Notes under the pieces: model-generated
Told to the model about the DNA's origin: nothing
Seen by the model: only the letters and a program-made list of their open reading frames with translations
Database searches by the model: none
Translations under genes and position numbers: made by a program
Shown here: positions 58,307 to 64,000 of the stretch, piece by piece
Layout of the letters: each line of letters opens with the position of its first letter
Numbering within the stretch: the stretch's first letter is position 1
NCBI GenBank assembly: GCA_903825575.1
Contig: CAIKAW010000006.1
Span: 34,168-98,167 of the forward strand
DNA length: 64,000 nucleotides
Reading direction: 5' to 3'
DNA from: an uncultured bacterium
GTDB taxonomy: Bacteria > Actinomycetota > Actinomycetes > S36-B12 > CAIKAW01

Positions 58307-60241
58307 GTGGTGGGGCTGCTCGACCAGATTCGTGAACCAAGCGATGTTCGCCGGTTAACGCCAGCTGAACTGCCTGTGCTGGCCGCCGAAGTGCGCAGTT
58401 TTCTTATCGATGCCGTTTCTCGGACCGGCGGTCACCTCGGGCCAAACCTCGGTGTTGTTGAATTAACGATCGCTTTGCATCGGGTCTTTGACTCACCAAC
58501 CGATGCGATTCTCTGGGACACAGGTCACCAGTCATACGTCCACAAGCTCCTTACCGGTCGGGCTTCCGGGTTTGGCTCGCTTCGCCAACGGGATGGGCTT
58601 TCTGGGTACGGCAGCCGCGCTGAGAGCGTGCACGACATCATCGAGAACTCGCACGCGTCGACGGCCTTGTCGTATGCCGACGGAATCGCGAAGGCTTGGA
58701 ACATCCGCGGCGAGCTAGGGCACAGGCATGTGGTGGCTGTCGTTGGCGATGGTGCACTCACGGGTGGGATGGCCTGGGAAGCGTTGAACAACATTGCGGC
58801 CGCGAAAGACCGGGGACTGGTAATCGTCGTAAATGACAACGAGCGTTCGTATGCGCCGACTATCGGCGGATTGGCTCATCACTTAGCGACACTTCGCACC
58901 ACGAGAGGCTACGAGAAGTTCCTCAACTGGGGTAAGCGAACATTGGGTCGGACCCCGGTATTCGGTATGCCCATGTACGACGCCTTACACGGGCTGAAGA
59001 AGGGCCTTAAGGATGTCGTTGCGCCACAAGGGATGTTCGAGGACCTTGGGCTGAAATACCTTGGCCCAGTGGACGGCCACGATGTGGTTGAAGTTGAACG
59101 CGTGTTGCGCCTTGCTCGTGCTTTTCCTGGACCGGTAATCGTGCACGTGATTACCGAGAAGGGACACGGGTATGGACCCGCTGTTTCTGATGAGGCTGAT
59201 CAATTTCACGCGGTAGGCGTAATCGACCCGGAGACCGGGTTTCCGCTGACGCCGGGTGGTCAGACATGGACCGCCGAATTCGGGTCGGCACTTGTCGAGA
59301 TCGGACGCGAGCGCGATGACGTTGTCGCAGTCACCGCAGCCATGTTGGCGCCAACCGGGTTGGACAAATTCGCGGCGGCATTCCCTGACCGGACGTTCGA
59401 TGTCGGGATTGCCGAACAGCATGCCGTGACCGCCGCTGCTGGCCTGGCATTCGGCGGGATGCACCCTGTGGTTGCGGTGTATGCGAGTTTCCTGAATCGG
59501 GCCTTTGATCAGGTCCTGCTGGATGTGGCACTGCATCAGGCCGGTGTCACTTTTGTACTTGACCGCGCTGGAGTCACTGGCGACGACGGGCCAAGTCATA
59601 ACGGGGTTTGGGACATTGCTGCGCTGTCGATCGTCCCGAGATTGAGATTGGCGGCTCCACGAGATGGTTCCCAGCTGCGCGAACTGCTTGGCGAAGCTGT
59701 CGCGGTGAGCGATGGGCCAACCGTCTTGCGATTTCCGAAGGGAAGACTGGTTGCCGATATTCCGGCCGTGTCCCGAACTGGTGATGTGGACATCCTCCGG
59801 CACGCAAGTGCCGCCGGGAACACAACGCAGTCACCTCAGGTGCTGTTGGTAGGCGCTGGTGCATTCGCCGGGCTGGCCTTAGATGTGGCCGACGGGTTGG
59901 CGGCACAGGGCATCGCGGCCACGGTCGTGGATCCGCGTTGGCTTCTTCCGGTGCCGCCGGAAGTTTTGGCGCTCTCGGCGATGCATGATCTGGTGGTGAC
60001 GCTTGAGGACGGCGTTCGCGGCGGGTTCGGCAGTGCGGTTGCCAGTGCTTTGCGCGACGCAGGAAGCAACGTACCCCTGCTTGATTTTGGTACCCCACGC
60101 CAATTCTTGACCCAGGGAACACGTACCCAGGTCCTTGCTGCAGCCGGGCTTCAGGCGCAGGACGTTACTCGCGCCATCGTCGAGGCAGTAGCGAAGAATT
60201 CGATCGAGTCAGCGGGGGACGCTAGCTACGCCGATCGGTAG
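58307..60241 (+). CDS. dxs: 1-deoxy-D-xylulose-5-phosphate synthase
   Basis: 644 aa with [18 protein letters not shown] and the ThDP motif [16 protein letters not shown]. Confidence 0.95.
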   Translation: MVGLLDQIREPSDVRRLTPAELPVLAAEVRSFLIDAVSRTGGHLGPNLGVVELTIALHRVFDSPTDAILWDTGHQSYVHKLLTGRASGFGSLRQRDGLSGYGSRAESVHDIIENSHASTALSYADGIAKAWNIRGELGHRHVVAVVGDGALTGGMAWEALNNIAAAKDRGLVIVVNDNERSYAPTIGGLAHHLATLRTTRGYEKFLNWGKRTLGRTPVFGMPMYDALHGLKKGLKDVVAPQGMFEDLGLKYLGPVDGHDVVEVERVLRLARAFPGPVIVHVITEKGHGYGPAVSDEADQFHAVGVIDPETGFPLTPGGQTWTAEFGSALVEIGRERDDVVAVTAAMLAPTGLDKFAAAFPDRTFDVGIAEQHAVTAAAGLAFGGMHPVVAVYASFLNRAFDQVLLDVALHQAGVTFVLDRAGVTGDDGPSHNGVWDIAALSIVPRLRLAAPRDGSQLRELLGEAVAVSDGPTVLRFPKGRLVADIPAVSRTGDVDILRHASAAGNTTQSPQVLLVGAGAFAGLALDVADGLAAQGIAATVVDPRWLLPVPPEVLALSAMHDLVVTLEDGVRGGFGSAVASALRDAGSNVPLLDFGTPRQFLTQGTRTQVLAAAGLQAQDVTRAIVEAVAKNSIESAGDASYADR

Positions 60242-62302
60242 GAACCGTCGCCCGTTGATCCGTTCGCTGACTCCACTGCGGTCCAAGTAGGGGCTAATCC
60301 CACCCAAGTGGAAGGGCCACCCGGCCCCGAGTATCAGACACAGGTCGATGTCCTGAACGGCGGCAACGACCCCTTCGTCCAGCATGAGTTGGATCTCTTC
60401 GGCCAGCGCCTCGACCGCGCGGTCATGGACCTCGGTAGCGGTCCACGGCGTTGTTCCCGTTCCAAATGCCACGGCTACCTGTGGATCGACAACCTTCTGT
60501 CCGTCAACCCACATCCAGACCGACGACTTGCCTGCCTCCACCAGATGAGCCAGTCCGGGGGAGGTATGGAAGCGGTCTGGGAAAGCTTCGGCAAGGGTGC
60601 CCGACACGTGGTGGGCCACTGCCGGACCGACCAATGCAAGCAGGTCGAATGGGCTCATGGGTAGACCGAGGTCGTCGAGAGCGCGATCGGCAACTTCAGG
60701 AGTGGTTCCTGCGTCGGCCGCGGCCGTTACCTGTGCCATTAACCGGGTCAGCAGACGATTCACAACAAAAGCAGGGGCATCTTTGACTAGGACACAGGAC
60801 TTCTTGAGTTTCTTGCCGATTTCAAAGGCCGTGGCAAGGGTGACCTCATCCGTGTGGTCGGCGCGTGCAATTTCCAGCAAGGGCATGACTGCGACCGGAT
60901 TGAAGAAGTGCAACCCGACGAATCTCTCTGGCGCCGGCATTCCTTCACTCATGGCCGTGACCGAAAGCGAGGAAGTATTTGTTGCCAGAATGCAAGTGTC
61001 GCTCACGATGGCTGCAACTTCGGCAAACACGCGGCGCTTGATCGAGAGCTCCTCGAATACGGCCTCCAGTACCAAGTCGCAATCGGCGAACGCCGACTTA
61101 TCGACCGATCCACTTACCAATGCTCGCAGTCGATTTGCCTTGTCTTGGCTGATGCGTTTCTTCTTCAATAACTTAGCAATCTCGGCATGAATCCCTGCCA
61201 CCCCAACGGCGACTCGGTCAGCGTCCAAGTCGTTGATCACAACTGGCACTTCGAAACGTCGAACAAAGAGCAGCGCGAGCTGGGCGGCCATCAGTCCAGC
61301 GCCGATGAGGCCGACCTTGTTGATGGCACGAGCCAATTTCGGGTCGGGGCGTCCGATCGGCTTCTTGGCCCGGCGCTGCACGAGATCGAAAGAGTAAAGT
61401 CCGGCTCGTAATTCCTCGCTCATTACCAAGTCGGCAATTGCGTTGTCTTCGGCGGCGTAGGCGGTGGTTCGATCGGATGTGCGGGCAGCTTCGATCAAGT
61501 CCAGGGCTCGCATCGGGGCTGGAGCGGCGCCGTGCAGGCGCTCGGCTACTGCTGACCGTGCGGCCGAAACAACGGCGGCCCAGGTGGCTTCATCGTCCAA
61601 CGAGCGGCGGCTCACGCTTAGCTGTCCGCTTACGACATCGGCTGCCCATAGAAGCGACTGAGCCACGAAATCGGCGGGCTCGAACAAGACATCGGCTAGC
61701 CCCAATTCAAGCGCGTCACTTGGTTTGAGTTGCTTATTCATATTGAGCGGGTTCTCGATGATTACTTTCGTCGCGTTCGCAACGCCAATCAGTCGAGGCA
61801 GCAGGTAGGCCCCGCCCCAACCCGGAATCAAACCCAAGAAGCATTCGGGAAAAGACAATGCTGCCGCCCCGGACGAAACGGTTCGGTAGTCACAGTGAAG
61901 TGCGACCTCTAGTCCACCGCCCATGACTGCGCCATTGATGAACGCGAAAGTGGGGATCTCAAGGTCGCCAAGAAGGCTAAATACCGCATGGCCTCGTTGG
62001 GCAATAGCTAAGGCTTGGTCACGAGTCTGGACTGAGCCGATCCCTGTCAGGTCAGCTCCCACGGCGAAAATGTGGGGCTTTCCGGTTATTGCCAAAGCGA
62101 CGAGGTCGGGCTGGGCCGCAACTTCATTAATGGCAAGTTCGAGAGAGGCCAGACCACCCGCGCCAAAAGTGTTTGGCTTGGTGTGATCGTGCCCATTATC
62201 GAATGTGATTAGAGCCGCTCGGCCGCCGCGGCGAGGCAAGTCGACGTAACGAAGTTTGGATTCGGTGACAACCTCTGCGGGAAGTTCGTAGGTGGCGCTC
62301 AT
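60209..62302 (-). CDS. fadB: Fatty-acid oxidation multifunctional protein (enoyl-CoA hydratase / 3-hydroxyacyl-CoA dehydrogenase)
   Basis: The ATG at 62302 overlaps the fadA stop (ATGA) and gives [11 protein letters not shown]. Crotonase N-terminal half, then an NAD-binding region ([14 protein letters not shown]). Confidence 0.9.
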   Translation of the reverse strand: MSATYELPAEVVTESKLRYVDLPRRGGRAALITFDNGHDHTKPNTFGAGGLASLELAINEVAAQPDLVALAITGKPHIFAVGADLTGIGSVQTRDQALAIAQRGHAVFSLLGDLEIPTFAFINGAVMGGGLEVALHCDYRTVSSGAAALSFPECFLGLIPGWGGAYLLPRLIGVANATKVIIENPLNMNKQLKPSDALELGLADVLFEPADFVAQSLLWAADVVSGQLSVSRRSLDDEATWAAVVSAARSAVAERLHGAAPAPMRALDLIEAARTSDRTTAYAAEDNAIADLVMSEELRAGLYSFDLVQRRAKKPIGRPDPKLARAINKVGLIGAGLMAAQLALLFVRRFEVPVVINDLDADRVAVGVAGIHAEIAKLLKKKRISQDKANRLRALVSGSVDKSAFADCDLVLEAVFEELSIKRRVFAEVAAIVSDTCILATNTSSLSVTAMSEGMPAPERFVGLHFFNPVAVMPLLEIARADHTDEVTLATAFEIGKKLKKSCVLVKDAPAFVVNRLLTRLMAQVTAAADAGTTPEVADRALDDLGLPMSPFDLLALVGPAVAHHVSGTLAEAFPDRFHTSPGLAHLVEAGKSSVWMWVDGQKVVDPQVAVAFGTGTTPWTATEVHDRAVEALAEEIQLMLDEGVVAAVQDIDLCLILGAGWPFHLGGISPYLDRSGVSERINGRRFLPIGVASVPR

Positions 62303-63507
62303 TTCGAGGTGCCTCCGTCGTGGTTGGGGTTCTCCCAGATGACTGTGCCGCCCATACCTAGGCCGATGCACATGGTGGTCAACCCGTACCTGACTTCAGG
62401 ATGAACAGCGAATTCGTCGGCCAAATAGGACATCAGGCGAATACCGCTGGCGGCCAATGGGTGGCCAACGGCGATAGCACCGCCCAACGGGTTCACTCGC
62501 TCGTCATCGTCGGCGAGTCCGAAGTGATCGAGGAATGCGAGCACTTGTACGGCGAACGCCTCGTTGATCTCAAAGCGTCCAATGTCATCAATGCTCAGAC
62601 CGGCCTTACGCAGCGCCTTTTCCGTTGCTGGAATTGGGCCCACCCCCATGATTTCGGGTTCGACGCCCGCGAATGCATATGAGACCAGTCGCAAGCGTGG
62701 GGTTAACCCCAAGGACAATGCGACATCTTCCGCGACCAGGACTGCACCGGTCGCCCCGTCGTTAAGTCCGGCTGAGTTGCCGGCCGTGACTCGGCCGAAA
62801 GGACGAAATGGTGTCTTGAGCTCGCCGAGGGCTGCCAAGGTAGTTCCCGGACGCGGCGGTTCGTCTACGTCGGAAAGAGTCCAGGCTCCGCCGGCATCTC
62901 GAATGCCAACGGAAACTAGTTGGCGTTGAATCCGACCTTGGTCATAGGCGCTTGCCGTTTTGGCCTGCGACGCGGCAGCGTACGCGTCAGCCCGGGCCCG
63001 AGTCAGGTGTGGGAATCGGTCGTGGAGGTTTTCGGCGGTCTTGCCCATCTGCAAAGCATCTGGGTCGACGAGGCGCTCGGCCAGGAATCGCGGATTCGGG
63101 TCCACCCCTTCGCCCATTGGGTGGCGGCCCATGTGTTCGACCCCGCCAGCTAGCGCGACGTCATACGCGCCGATGCCGATACCGGCGGCGACGTTGGTGA
63201 CCGCTGTCATCGCCCCGGCACACATTCGGTCGACTGAATAGCCCGGGACCGTTCTAGGAAGACCGGCCAGAATCCCAGCGCTACGCCCGATAGTTAGCCC
63301 TTGGTCGCCGATTTGAGTCGTTGCTGCAATCGCGACTTCGTCGATTTGCTCGGGCGGAAGTTGGGGGTTTCGCCGAAGCAATTCGCGCAGGACGGCGACG
63401 ACTAAGTCATCGGCCCGCGTCTGCGCATATCGCCCGGTCGGCCCGGACCTACCGAAGGGGGTACGTAGCGCATCGACGAGCACGACAGAACGACCGTAGC
63501 CAGCCAC
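62299..63507 (-). CDS. fadA: Acetyl-CoA C-acyltransferase (thiolase)
   Basis: 402 aa. GTG start after ggagga. Active-site regions VDRMCAGAMTAV, NEAFAVQVL and the C-terminal CIGLGMGG. Confidence 0.9.
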   Translation of the reverse strand: MAGYGRSVVLVDALRTPFGRSGPTGRYAQTRADDLVVAVLRELLRRNPQLPPEQIDEVAIAATTQIGDQGLTIGRSAGILAGLPRTVPGYSVDRMCAGAMTAVTNVAAGIGIGAYDVALAGGVEHMGRHPMGEGVDPNPRFLAERLVDPDALQMGKTAENLHDRFPHLTRARADAYAAASQAKTASAYDQGRIQRQLVSVGIRDAGGAWTLSDVDEPPRPGTTLAALGELKTPFRPFGRVTAGNSAGLNDGATGAVLVAEDVALSLGLTPRLRLVSYAFAGVEPEIMGVGPIPATEKALRKAGLSIDDIGRFEINEAFAVQVLAFLDHFGLADDDERVNPLGGAIAVGHPLAASGIRLMSYLADEFAVHPEVRYGLTTMCIGLGMGGTVIWENPNHDGGTSK

Positions 63508-63554
63508 ACTTCCTCCAGGTTTTGCAGGCCAAGTTGTAACTTCGACCGGACTTG

Positions 63555-63584
63555 ATGCTACTCGCCAGTAACCTTGCTTGTCAG
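63555..63584 (-). promoter_or_regulatory. Candidate sigma-70-type promoter for fadA-fadB
   Basis: On the minus strand: CTGACA, 18-nt spacer, TAGCAT, about 48 nt upstream of the fadA GTG. Confidence 0.25.
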
Positions 63585-63594
63585 GTGCGATGCA

Positions 63595-64000
63595 CTAGCT
63601 CTTGGCCACCGGCAGGCGCCAGTGTTGCCAAACTGATCCGAGCGAGCTAGCCGGATCCGGAGACACCGGTGAATCCAGGACAAATCCGATGCGGGCGAGC
63701 AAGTTCGCTGACGCCTTGTTGCCGACTTCCACATCTGCTGTCACTGCCAGCACCGCTGGCCAGCCCAGCAACCAGTCCACCACCGCTCTTGCCGCTTCGC
63801 TGCCGTAGCCGTGCCCCCGTGCCCCTTCGCCGAGCCCGTACCCGATTTCGACGTCAATCTTTGCCGCTTCATCGTCAATGTTACGAAGATCGCATTTGGG
63901 GCCGATCTCGCCAATTACTTCGGCGTCTCGCAGGATGAACCAACCGGCATTCACATCTGCCGACGCCAGCGCCGCCATGCCGAGGGCAGCAAAGGTGTCG
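63595..64000 (-). CDS. GNAT-family N-acetyltransferase (RimJ/RimL-like); 5' end probably outside the window
   Basis: Contains IGYGLGEGARGHGYGSEAARAVVDWL and NKASANLLARIGF. The reading frame stays open upstream of the track ATG at 63978 to the window edge. Confidence 0.7.
   Translation of the reverse strand, partial: DTFAALGMAALASADVNAGWFILRDAEVIGEIGPKCDLRNIDDEAAKIDVEIGYGLGEGARGHGYGSEAARAVVDWLLGWPAVLAVTADVEVGNKASANLLARIGFVLDSPVSPDPASSLGSVWQHWRLPVAKS

Noticed and set aside
1-64000. Mobile elements, prophage, CRISPR arrays and defence islands
   Set aside because: I recognised no transposase, integrase, recombinase, Cas, restriction or abortive-infection signatures in any long ORF. I noticed no direct-repeat arrays other than the coding HG repeat.

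Overview
High-GC window with dense coding on both strands and frequent 1-4 nt stop/start overlaps, typical of an Actinomycetota chromosome. I saw no rRNA, tRNA, CRISPR array, transposase or integrase. About 55 protein genes can be supported. Positions 24-64 kb are mostly conserved actinobacterial core. They hold topoisomerase IV-like parE and parC, psuG/psuK, a GNAT/ADP-forming acyl-CoA synthetase (Pat-type), tdk, sepH, ferrochelatase and an IMPase. They also hold the DUF4193/DUF3093/dut/DUF3710/DUF3159/trkA-trkA/RNA methyltransferase/APC-permease block, which from memory matches the mycobacterial dut-ceoBC-suhB neighbourhood, followed by acn, dxs and fadA-fadB. Positions 1-24 kb look more accessory. 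They carry an isolated hypFCDE maturation operon with no hydrogenase structural genes and no hypA/hypB in the window, a CorA with a GQN motif where GMN is expected, and a spermidine-synthase-like domain flanked by membrane segments. They also carry an ABC-2 exporter with a LolA-like secreted protein. The best candidate for a new system is a tightly coupled five-gene operon at 15584-22975. It encodes a soluble triple-PAS histidine kinase, an OmpR-type regulator, a second receiver domain fused to a PIG-L/LmbE deacetylase, and a heterodimeric ABC exporter. A secreted alanine-rich protein ending in a 23-residue (His-Gly)n tail follows it. A second notable point is a Rosetta-stone-like fusion: the small OB-fold protein that I recall lying between DUF3710 and DUF3159 is here attached to the C-terminus of the APC-like permease. 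All functional calls come from reading motifs in the translated ORFs; no database search was possible. Many ORF-track starts were trimmed to internal starts supported by Shine-Dalgarno sequences, stop/start overlaps or conflicts with neighbouring genes.
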